Shown piece after piece: positions 35,584 to 47,215 of a stretch of DNA of 64,000 nt. The notes beneath the pieces were generated by a model, which had not been told where the DNA came from, did no database searches, and saw only the letters and a list, made by a program, of their open reading frames with translations. The first letter of the stretch is position 1; each line of letters starts with the position of its first letter. Origin of the DNA: Podarcis muralis (taxonomy: Eukaryota); assembly GCF_964188315.1 (NCBI RefSeq), contig NC_135667.1:10168001-10232000 (forward strand), given 5' to 3'. Both the position numbers and the translations under genes were made by a program.

Positions 35584-36709
35584 CTAATTGTGGTTGTGTT
35601 CCAGATCATGGGAGCCTAAGTAAGAAGGTATAGCACCTAAGCAAGAAGATCAAACAAAAGCAGAAATTCTTCTCTTCCCCCACAGCTGCCATTAGAAAAA
35701 ACGGAGAAAGAAATGTTAAATACACATCACTATGCCATCCCTTTACTGAGCACTGGACAGAACACAATGAGCAGGATTTAATAAGCAGAAATATTGGATG
35801 CAGGTACATTTGATGGATGAGATGGGGTGTAGGCAAGCATGACGATGGAAGTGGATTGGGTGTTTGGTGATAGTAGAGGTGCTGGCAAATTGAGCACAGG
35901 CTACTTCTAGGAATGGAGGAGAAATTTGGTTCAGTTCACATCTGAAGGCAAACCTACCTAATTTACATTTCCCAGCACAACTCACAAACCAAAATGCAGC
36001 CATTCATTCAAAATTCTCACTTCTCTGAATTTTGCAATGCAGTTAGATTTGCCATACATCAGAAAAATTCCTGACATGTCCTAGTTTTCGGGTGTAAAAA
36101 TGGTGTCAGGGGGGATTTTTGCAGAATTGGGGAAATGTCTGGGAAAGCGTGATGGGGAAAGCAGCAGAAACAGCTCCAAAAGCTAAAAATCACTATGGGG
36201 GGAGGTGTTTCCCCAGCAATTTTGGTTTGTTCCCCCAAAAAACTCAACAAAAACTCAGGAATTTTACTTTTTTGAAATATGGCAACCCTAAATACTGCCA
36301 TGTAATGTGTACAACAATGCACATGCTAGGTTAACATTAATATATATATATATATATTTGTGAAAATAACCTACAAAAATGCATTATATAAGGGGAAATG
36401 GCTTGCAGATATGTTTATACTGAGGGAAACTGCTACAGGTTTTTGCTAAAGGTGCTGAGAGTTGTTAGGAAACCCTTATTCCCCTCACAGAGCTACAATT
36501 CCCAGAGTTCCCTGGGATTGAGTGTTAAACCCCTCTGTGTAGATGGGGCCTCAGAGTAGATCATTCTGGGCTAGATGGATCAATGTGCTTCTGACTCAGT
36601 AGAAGGCAGCATCATGTGTTCACATGAGTCCAAGCCATTTTTTTGCAAGTAAATCCAGATTTGAGTGAAGGCTCCGGCAATAGAATTCCCCAGCATTGTC
36701 ACAGAAGCA

Positions 36710-36908
36710 ATAGGTGCACAGGTACCGCTCCAGTGGGAAGGTAAACGGCATTTCTGTGCACTGCTCTGGTTCGCCAGAAGCGGCTTAGTTGGGCTGGCCA
36801 CTTGACCCAGAAGCTGTACGCCGGCTCCCTCAGCCAATAAAACAAGATGAGCGCCCCAGAGTCGGCCATGACTGGACCTAATGGTCAGGGGTCCCTTTAC
36901 CTTTATCT
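36710..36908 (+). mobile_element. Sauria SINE 3' half
   Basis: ggacctaatggtcaggggtccctttaccttt tail. Confidence 0.88.
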
Positions 36909-38057
36909 TATGCTTAAAATCCCTTTCAAACTATCTCTGAACCACACTTGATGAACAAACACTACTTTTGCACCCCTATGTTAACACAAAAACAACCTTG
37001 AATCTGATTTACATTACTCAGTTTGTCAGAGTAAAACAAAACAAAACAAAACAAAACAAATATGTTGAAGAGTCATCCAAGCTACCTTTCCTCCAAAGGA
37101 CTACAGAAATTCCACCATGGGTACATCTGATATCAAGGCCTTTGAAAGTCCCTTCTACGTTTTAATCCATTGCAGCTGATCACTTTATCGTCATGAAGGA
37201 ATTTATGGAGACTCTCCTGTTGTGCATGTTGAACATGGGCAGGATGGAAAGAGAAAACATTTTATAAACATCCTGTGACTCCAGGGAGACAACCAAATAA
37301 TTCCCCTCAGAGTAGAGGTGCTGAGATGCAGGCAAACATGTGTTCATAAATTATATTGATTTATTTCCCTTGCTATTTCCTAAGCAAGGGACAGGATTAA
37401 TGTTGCAATAAGAGGGCGTTCATAGGGAGTGGACTGTAGGTTCATTCCTTATCTAAGATTCTATAGTGTGACAAATATGATTACATTGGCAGTTCCCCTT
37501 CTGCCAGTGCTTTTCTTCTAGAAAAATAGTGCACTCACCATGAGGTTGTTACACTAAATGCCACATTTTTAACCAGCGCTTTTCACCCGGGAAAACAGGT
37601 GCCGGTACTACATAACCTTGAGTGCCATCAGAAAAAAACACTGCTTACTGCTTATACGCCATAGACTCCAAAAGCATTGCACAATTGATATTCTCCCCTG
37701 TAATTATTAAAATTACAATAATCAATTCACCTGGCCAAGGCTCCAGAAGTCAGAGTGGAAAAAGGATCCACAGGCAATGATTATAAGCTCCCCAGCGCTT
37801 CATAGGCAGCTATGGTAAGGGAGGAGGGAGAGGCTGGGCTTTGTTACCTATCAGTTATGAGTTTCCCCCTTTCATATCAAATCACTGTATCTTGTTTGGC
37901 ATCCGAGGCTTTCTGTTGTGACAGTCTTTAAGTTGACAATAAGGTGAATACGTGTCCCTTACAGTGCCAAATTGACAGGGTCAGCTGCTACCCATTTTGT
38001 CTTGTTCAGATCAGGTGGAGGAGAGGAATAATACTGTAGAGAGAAGCAGGGGAGTCA

Positions 38058-40004
38058 ATGCAGACAAGGATATTTGCCGTCAGGATGTTGCTCCTGCTGC
38101 TTCTGCTGCTCCCCAATATAGTGTCCCAAGGACAAAGCGCTCAATGCACCACAAATCATCCTGTTCATGTTCCACACGAGTGGTATGAGCCAGGTGACCT
38201 GGTCATTGGTGCAATGGCATCTCATATCTGTTATATCGTCCCCAATTTATCCTTCAATATACACCCTTCCCAAGCCTTCCTTTATAAGCCAATGTAAGTA
38301 ACCAGTATTTTTTTGTATTTTTTTTATTCCTTATATCTGACTTAATATAACTTAATATCTGACTTAATATAACTTGGACTGATTTGGAAGGAAAGCTTTA
38401 GAACTTTGTTTTTTAGAAATCTACAGGCACACAGGCACTTTAGTATATTCTTCTGAAACAGCGGTATAATACTACAGTGGTACCTCTGGTTGTGAACGGG
38501 ATCCATTCTGGATGCCCGTTTGCAACATGAAAAGCCTGCCGTATCTGCGCAGGTGCATGGTGCGATTTGGCGCTTGTGCGAGCGGTGAAACCCGGAAGTA
38601 ACCCTTTCTGGTACTTCCAGGTCGCCACGGGACACAACCTGAAAAAACATATCATGAAGCAAACGTAACATGAGGTATGACTGTATCGTCTAAAAAATGT
38701 ATAAACCTTTCTGGTTGTGTCCTCTCTTTACAGAAAGGCAAGTGAATCTCTCATATCTAGATTATGCGCACTCTGTAATTTTCCCACTAAACAGTAACTC
38801 AATTCATTTGCAGAGTGATGACAAAGTTTTACCAGCACATCCTTGCTTTGGTGTTTGCTGTTGATGAGATCAACGAGAATCCCAGGATGTTGCCCAATGT
38901 GTCTCTCGGGTTCCACATCTATGATATTTATTATGATTCAAAGATGACCTACCGAACCACCCTGGACCTGCTCTTTAAATCACATCACTTTATTCCCAAC
39001 TACAGGTGTGGCATCCAGAAAAATGTCATAGGAGTCATTGGGGGACTCAGCTCTGATACCTCCTGGTGCATGGCAAACGTCTTAGGTCTTTTCAAGATTC
39101 CACAGGTAGAATATGGGTTTTGAACAGAAAAGAAAAAAAACTATTCATGCAATAGTCACTGAAATAAAAACCCCACGAATACACTAAGTAAAGGAACATA
39201 AGGTTGACCACCCCACACCCTCTCTCCTCTCCCCGCCTATTTTCTTCCCAGTCCTATACTGCATATAACACCAATGTCTCACAACAAATGTAACTGATCT
39301 ATAGAAAACACAACATGTTGTGTTTTCACACAGACAATGCATGTGCTTTTGTAAATGAGGAAAATCTTTAATAAAAAAACATGAGGAAAATCTTTAATAA
39401 AAAAACATTTTAAAAAAGACAAATGCATAAATAATTCACAAGACGTTAACTAATAAACTTCCTCCCATTAAAAATCAATATATTCCATTCCTAGGGAACT
39501 AGGATTTTATTCAGCACTATTAATTTTCAGAAGCTAACTGAAAACACTGTTTATTGTTATTGTTCCAGCATTTGGCCTTCTGCAGAGTTATATAGTGGTG
39601 TCAGTATTGGGCTGTTCTCCTGCATTGTTGGATTTCATTCTTTGTTGTTTTAACCTTGGCTGAAAGTGTTTGGTATGGTATTTCTGTATGTTACTGATAT
39701 TTTATATGATGTGGTTGATTGTGCTCAGAGAAGAATAACATATACAATCAAATAGAGATCTTTAGGATTCCCCAAGATATCTTCCCAAGAGAGTTATAAG
39801 TAGATAGAGAATCAACCTCTTTCTACAATTGCTATAAAGGTTAGAGAGCAAAAGAGCATGATCAACAATTTCTATTGCTCCACCTCCACCTTGGAGTTTT
39901 TTTATTCACCCACCTAGCAGTATATTAACATGAGCCATGATAAATGCATAAATGCTCCCCTGTTCTTGGAGACTATCAATGTGTACAAGTATGAAGATCT
40001 GATG

Positions 40005-40051
<47 letters not shown>

Positions 40052-43000
40052 TATGCAGAAAACATTGAGCAAGATTGTCTTTGTTATCTATGCAAATTGA
40101 GGTTGGTGCTGTCCCCAAACTTTGTACAGTAGGGATTCAGAGGTTTTCTATTGATATTCCAAGAAATTTGATTAACATGAGAATTTTTTTGCACTTGGGT
40201 ATGGTTGCCTTTTCTCTTCTCTAGATTTCATATGGTTCATTTGAACAAGGCATAAATGATCAAACCAAGATCCCTTCTTTCTACCGCATGGTCCCCAATG
40301 AAGACCTTCAGTATCAGGGAATAATCCAGTTACTTCTGCATTTTGGATGGAAATGGGTTGGGCTCATGACTACAGCTGATGAAGCTGGAGAACATTTCTT
40401 GCAGACAATTGAACCCATGTTTTTCAAGAATGGAATCTGTTCAGCATTCACAGAAAGAGTTGAACTCAATCTGCATTATAATGGTAACTTACTAAAAATG
40501 CTTTTTGACTCAAGGATTTTGTTACCAACTTTCAAAACCAGCAGAGCCAATGCAGTTCTTGTATATGGAGAAAGTAGATTTAATATATGGTTGTCAAGTG
40601 CTTTAAACATAATGGAGTTCACCCCACTGCTATTTCCTCAAAAGAAGTCACATGAAGGAAAAGTATGGATTACAACAGCCCAACTTGATTTCATATTATA
40701 TAGCCTTCAAAAAAAATTAAATGTTAATATACAAGTGCTCCATGGAGCTATATCCTTTGCAATTCACTCCAAGGAGATTCACAACTTTAAAGACTTTCTT
40801 CGGAATATATATCCTCATTGGACAGAGAGAGATGGTTTTATCCAAGATTTCTGGGAAGATGCATTCAGTTGTTCACTTCCAAATTCCACTCTCTCAACAT
40901 TCAACGATCACATATGTACTGGAGAGGAGATGCTGGAGAGCCTCCCTGCACCATATTTTGAAATGAGCATGACTGGGCAAAGCTACAGTATCTATAATGC
41001 TGTCTATGCTTTGGCAAATGCCTTAAATAGCAAGCAATTGGCTGGTGCAATCCAAAAGAGTAGAGATGCTAAGGGGAAACTCTCCCCTCAATATGTAGAA
41101 CCTTGGCAGGTAACATTCTCTCTTACAAAGCATTCACTTCATTGATCCATTATGTAAGCATTTAATTATCAGTAAAGAAATAACAGAAAAGGACTTGAGA
41201 AATTAGAAAGAGACTTAGAATATTTCTTATAATGATAGTAAACAGATTTTAGATGGCACAGGCTTTCATAAGCAACAAACTTACAGATAATTCACATTTT
41301 ACAGGGGGCAGTTGGACATACAAGCAAAATCATTTAAAGCCAGAATAACCTCTAGAAAACCATTTTTTAAAAAACATCTTAAGAATTGCTGTACTTACTG
41401 GCGAGGGACAAATGTGGCTCTTCATCTTCCTTCTCTCCCTCACTGAATGATGCTTAAGATGGTACAAGGCCTAAAGACTTTGAGAGATAGCCAGAAGAAT
41501 GCTTCGCCTGTTGCACAGGGCACAATTGTGGAGCTTTGCAGTCAGTGAGGCCATAGTCACATCCTTCTCCTTCTCATACATCTTGACAGCAGAAACTAAT
41601 GAAAGGTCCAGTCAGATGTTCTCATATTCCATTCCTACGCTCAGGGAACATGATGTTTGAGGACATGAACATGAGGTCATGAGCTCTCACTTGACTTCTC
41701 AAATTCCTTCCCTTTCTTGGATCTTGACAATGGCATGTCCCAAGCAAGCAAGTCCATATACTTAAATCTTTCACATTTATTTATGGAATTCTGTCAACTG
41801 TTGAATTTACACTGATTCATGTTTTCCTAGTCTTCCCATATGGGGAATTGAAACAAGGATGCTCTCCATTGTAAACTGAAGTGTTTAACTCTTAGAGGAA
41901 AGGGATTTAATACCATCTAGGAAAGCTACCTCGGGTGGCGCTGTGGGTAAAAGCCTCAGCGCCTAGGGCTTGCCGATCAAAAGGTCGTAGTTTGAATCCC
42001 CGCGGCGGGGTGCGCTCCCGTTGCTCGGTCCCAGCGCCTGCCAACCTAGCAGTTCGAAAGCACCCCCGGGTGCAAGTAGATAAATAGGGACCGCTTACTG
42101 GCGGGAAGGTAAACGGCGTTCCATGTGCTGCGCTGGCTCGCCAGATGCAGCTTGTCACGCTGGCCACGTGACCCGGAAGTGTCTTTGGACAGCGCTGGCC
42201 CCCGGCCTATAGAGTGAGATGGTCGCACAACCCCAGAGTCTGGCAAGACTGGCCCGTACGGGCAGGGGTACCTTTACCTTTACCTTTACCTTTACCATCT
42301 AGGAAAGCTCTTCAACAATCATAATCAGACTATTAGAATGCTGTACTGACCTTTTGATTCTCTTTCCACCTAGCTCCACTCATTCCTGCAGAGAATCTCG
42401 TTCAACAACAGTGCTGTACTGACCTTTTGATTCTCTTTCCACCTAGCTCCACTCATTCCTGCAGAGAATCTCGTTCAACAACAGTGCTGGAGATGAAATT
42501 AAATTCAATGAATATGGAGAGTTGGCAGCTGGCTTGGATATTACAAACTTGGTCACATTCCCAAATAGATCGTACATCAGAGTCAAAGTGGGAAGGTGGG
42601 ATCCTCAGGCCCCACAGGGCAAAGAGTTCACCATTAATAAGGACAGAATCAAATGGCACAGAGACTTCACTGAGGTACAGAAATAACGGCGCAGGCCATG
42701 AAATTCCATAATTAAGACTCCAGTGATGAGATAGAATCAAGAAGTGTCCCAGACTTAAGAAGCTCTTGCTGCAAAGGTCAAATGTAGGAACCACGCATCC
42801 AAGGCATTTCTCTGCTATAAGGATTTGGCCCCAATCCCATCCATCACTGTCTTCAGACACCTGTCCAGCACCTTCACCACCTCCTCTTGTTCCAATGGAA
42901 TGGAAAGGTAGAACTTCACATCATCAGCATCCAGATGATACCATGAGCCAAATTCTAGGATATTATTCCTAACAGTTTCATTGAAATAATAAATAGCACA

Positions 43001-44726
43001 GGAAGCAGAATGAACCATATTGGGACACTACAACCCCAAAGCCGTGGGGTGGTTTCCTAGTACTAGTTTCTCAAATGACCCTACAAGAAGTAACAGAAAT
43101 AATTCACCCAAACCTTGTCTTCATATTAAACTCTTCCTATATCTTTGAATAGGTGCCACCTCTTTCTATATGTAATGACAACTGCCATCCTGGATACGGG
43201 AAGAAAAAGAAGGAAGGAAGGAAGTTTTGCTGTTATGATTGTGATCCATGTCCAGAAGGAATGATCTCAAATGAGAAAGGTGGGAGATGGCATCTTAGGA
43301 TATACCAATTTATTTTAATAAGCTCTGAACTCTTTGGCAAACTTGTTGTCATTAAACTGATGGAGGAGGGAAGGCTTAACTTTAATAGATGTGTTGTTCT
43401 CATTGTTTATAGTTAGTATCAATTTAATTCCATCCTTAAAACATATTAAAAATATTTTAAAATGGAAAGTCATCTATTTTACTTCCAACTTCTACAAAGT
43501 TAGGGTGGAATAGAAGTGGTGGTCTCTCCTGAAAGACTTAGGTTGTTTGACAAAAGGTTGAAAGTCCCATTAATCTTGCCTTTCTGGGCTCCAAAGATTT
43601 CTGCAGTAATGTATTTTTAATTTTGCTATGCACTACAAGTTGTTACAACAAAAAGAGAAGGGAACCAATAAAAAAGATGTCACCCATGTAGAAAATTCCA
43701 GATTTCATACAGAAGTTCTTAAACATTTTGAGATAGAAAACACTATGCTAAAATTTCAATGAGGAAATCCTTAAGAATAGTATTGGATGCTTAAAATTGT
43801 CATGCATTCTTTGTTTGTTTTCAGACATGGAAACATGTGTCAGTTGCCCAGCAGATCAGTATCCAAACAGCGGCCAAGATCTATGCATTCCTAAGATTCC
43901 AAACTTCCTAGCCTTTGATGAAAACTTGGCCATTGTTTCAACATCCTCTGTGCTTCTATTCTCTCTGATCACAATTCTGGTGCTAGGCATCTTCATTAAG
44001 CATCGCAATACAGCCATAGTCAAAGCCAACAACCGAAGCCTCACCTACATTCTCCTTATCTCCCTCCTCTTGTGTTTCCTCTCTTCTTTGTTGTTCATCG
44101 GAAAACCTAATATGGTGACCTGCCTTCTCCGACAAACTGCTTTTGGCATTGTCTTCTCTGTGGCCCTCTCTAGCATCTTAGCCAAAACCATATTGGTGGT
44201 TTTGGCTTTCATGGCTACCAAACCAGGATCCAATATGAGGAAATGGGTAGGCAAAGAACTGGCTTATTCCATTGTCTTTTCCTGCTCCATTGTTCAAGTA
44301 GGGATCTGTGTTCTCTGGCTGGCAAACTCTCCCCCATTCCCAGATGTGGACATGCACTCAATGCCTGAAGAAATCATATTTCTTTGTAATGAAGGGTCAG
44401 TCTCCATGTTCTATTGTGTTTTGAGTTACATGGGCTTCCTGGCCACTGTCAGCCTCTCAGTCGCCTTCCTAGCCAGGAAGTTGCCTGACACTTTCAACGA
44501 AGCCAAGTTCATCACCTTCAGCATGCTGGTCTTCTGCAGTGTTTGGCTCTCCTTCATTCCTACCTACCTGAGCACCAGAGGAAAATACATGGTGGCTGTG
44601 GAGATCTTCTCCATCTTTGCTTCTGGTGCTGGGTTACTGGCTTGTATTTTTGCCCCTAAATGCTACATTATTGTGGTGAGGCCTGACCTGAACAACAGAG
44701 AGCAGCTAACACAAAGGAAGGTTTAA
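38058..44726 (+). CDS. V2R: Vomeronasal type-2 receptor V2R-A (class C GPCR), 6 exons, 889 aa
   Basis: Exons 38058-38293, 38814-39105, 40225-41109, 42447-42674, 43153-43279, 43825-44726. All GT-AG and phase-compatible, totalling 2670 nt. Signal peptide, Venus flytrap domain, cysteine-rich domain ([11 protein letters not shown]) and 7TM ([18 protein letters not shown]). Confidence 0.93.
38475..38683 (+). mobile_element. Second Tigger-like MITE family (another copy at about 10095-10314)
   Basis: CAGTGGTACCTC...GAGGTATGACTG, TA flanks, different internal sequence. Confidence 0.8.
41928..42292 (+). mobile_element. Sauria SINE, full length, in V2R-A intron 3
   Basis: 17-bp TSD taccatctaggaaagct at 41911 and 42293. 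Confidence 0.96.
42339..42488 (+). repeat. 73-bp tandem duplication spanning the V2R-A exon-4 splice acceptor
   Basis: tgctgtactgaccttttgattctctttccacctagctccactc...aacaacag occurs at 42339 and 42412, giving acceptors before 42374 and 42447. Confidence 0.97.
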
Positions 44727-45424
44727 ATGACAGAGGAATTTGTAGCTCTGTTGGTTCTTAGGTTACCTGGACTTGCTGGCAGGTATCACTTTCCCCTGTT
44801 GTTTCCCCACCAAGACCTTACCAGAATATTTACTTTGTCTTCCTACTCTTCTCCTGCATTCATGTGGGTGCCCCACATTTCTGCTCAAGAGTCTCTGTGC
44901 CTTTCCTGAACAAATTTGGGGAAACCATAGGAAGCTGCCAAGAGAAGAGAGGAAGAAAACCACAGGAATACTGGAAACTGCCTAATTCTGAGTCAGACCA
45001 TTTGTCTATCTAATGGGACTGTGGCTGCCTCAAAATTTTCTGGGGTTGTCTGGCAGTGGTGCATCAGGAAGGAACTAAACTCAGATATTAGGCTGGGTTA
45101 CCTGTGAAATAATCTAGACCCAACTGTGTTCTCGGTGTGTCTTCCCGGGATAATGTAGGAGATTCACTGACTGATTCTCCTTCCTACCTGATGTCCCACC
45201 CAACGGCATCCTTTCCTTCACCAAATAGTTGCTTGTGGACAGAGAACCTGTAGAATGCTCAACCATAAGCAGCTTCCCCACAAATAAATTGTTTGCAAAA
45301 GAGAAAGTTTTGAAATTATACCCCCCCGTCGCCGCCCTGCCCAATCCTGAGTTTGGAGAAGTTGCAACTTCATATCTTCCCACTCTGCTCCCAGACATAT
45401 GTTTAATTGGAGCTTTTGACATTA

Positions 45425-45653
45425 CAGTGGTACCTCAGGTTGCATACACTTCAGGTTACAGACTCTGCTAACCCAGAAATAGTGCTTCAGGTTAAGAACT
45501 TTGCTTCAGGATGAGAACAGAAATCATGCTCCGGCGGCGCAGCAGCAGCAGGAGGAGGCCCCATTAGCTAAAGTGGTGCTTCAGGTTAAGAACAGTTTCA
45601 GGTTAAGAACGGACCTCCGGAATGAATTAAGTACTTAACCCGAGGTACCACTG
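45425..45653 (-). mobile_element. Tigger-like MITE (opposite orientation)
   Basis: Same TIRs, TA TSD, internal sequence reversed. Confidence 0.92.
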
Positions 45654-46100
45654 TATTAGACATTAGGCCAGTTCTTGATCTGCTTCACGATGGATCCAAG
45701 ATCATGTCAGAGGTCTTCATCAAGTAGGGCCTGAACTGGATTGCTTTTCACCCCTGTTTCCACCTTCACTCCATGTCCATGCCAACTCAATGACCTTTTG
45801 TGAACAATCTCTGGAACACTAGTTACCCGTATGGATACATGGTTTTGCATGTAGCAAAGGACAAAAGACTCCAAAGACTGACAACGAAAAGCAGTTCAGC
45901 AAGTGGCTGCCAACGGTATGAACTGGGCTCACTTCAATAAAAAGAAAATGTTACTAAGCTATGCTCCTTCCTTTATCTGCTTTTGGAAATTTGCTCTACC
46001 CATATGTGGATACAATAGCATGGAACCCTATCTCATTTATTTTGCTGTTGGAATAATGGCCATATTTCCCTTGAAACTCTTTTTAGCAGCTGCACAGGAA

Positions 46101-46710
46101 GTAGGGTCAAAGGTGGGAGATGGTAGGGTCAACTTCTCTGTGTGTGACTAAATTACTGGATTTATATGATGTAAATAGGATAAAGGGTCTCTCTTCTGTC
46201 TCTTTCTCTCCTTATTTTTTAGGTTTTTCTTTTTATTAGTCTTGTTCTGTAGACTAGGTTATATATATATATATGCACTTCCAGTGTATGCAATTCTTTG
46301 GGTGGTAACACACCAAGGCATATGGTAAATAACCACAGTTTGAACAAGTAAACATAAAACCGAATGAAAACAGCAGAATGCTTCCTGCTAAATAGTATCT
46401 AGAAGTGTTCACTACTGAAGACAATGCTTAAGAATGGAGGAATTGCTGATCCAAATAGACCAAGGACAGCAAGAACTTCCAGCCCTCACAGACTTCATCT
46501 TCTTCTGTTCTTGGAGTCTCCTATTCTAATTTCATTTTGTTCTTCATCAGTTTCCCAAGACAAACACAAACTCTCTGAAAATCCCTGACTGACAGCTTTA
46601 CTTGCATACATTGTTTCTCTCCATTTCTTAGCCATTCAGAAGCACAGTAGAACTCTATTTAGATTCCCATTACCCCAAATCTTAAGTTTCTTTTGCTTGC
46701 AATTTTGTCA
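46101..46710. other. Inverted segment relative to the paralogous V2R-B/C spacer
   Basis: Reverse complement matches 56535-57635 (which carries an extra insertion). Flanked by tgcacaggaa (46091) and ttcctgtgca (46711). Confidence 0.88.
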
Positions 46711-47215
46711 TTCCTGTGCATCTTCTTGTCCCAGTTTTTCACCCAGGGAGGCTCTTTCTACACCGTAAGAAATATGAAAACATTGGCATTTTCCCTACTG
46801 CTGATGTGCTATAGACTCCAAAAACATTGAACATATGATTCTCTACCCTATCATTATTAGAATTACAGTAATCAATTCACCTGGCTGAAGCTTTGGATGT
46901 CAAACTGGAAAAAAAGAATCAACAAGCTAGTTTGAAATGATTGTAAGCTCCCCAGTGCTTCATAGGCAGCTATGGTAAAGGAGGAGAGAGGGTGGGCTTT
47001 GTTATCTCTCAGTTATGAATTTCCCTCTTTCATATCAAATTACTGCATCTTATTTGGCATCCGAGGCATTCTGCTGTGATAGTCTTTAAGTTGACAATAA
47101 GGTGGATACGTGTCCCTCAAAGTACCAAATTGACAGAGTCAACGACCACCCAATCTCTCTTGTTCAAATCAGGAAGAGGACAGCAATAATATTGTAGAGA
47201 GAAACAGGAGTGTCT

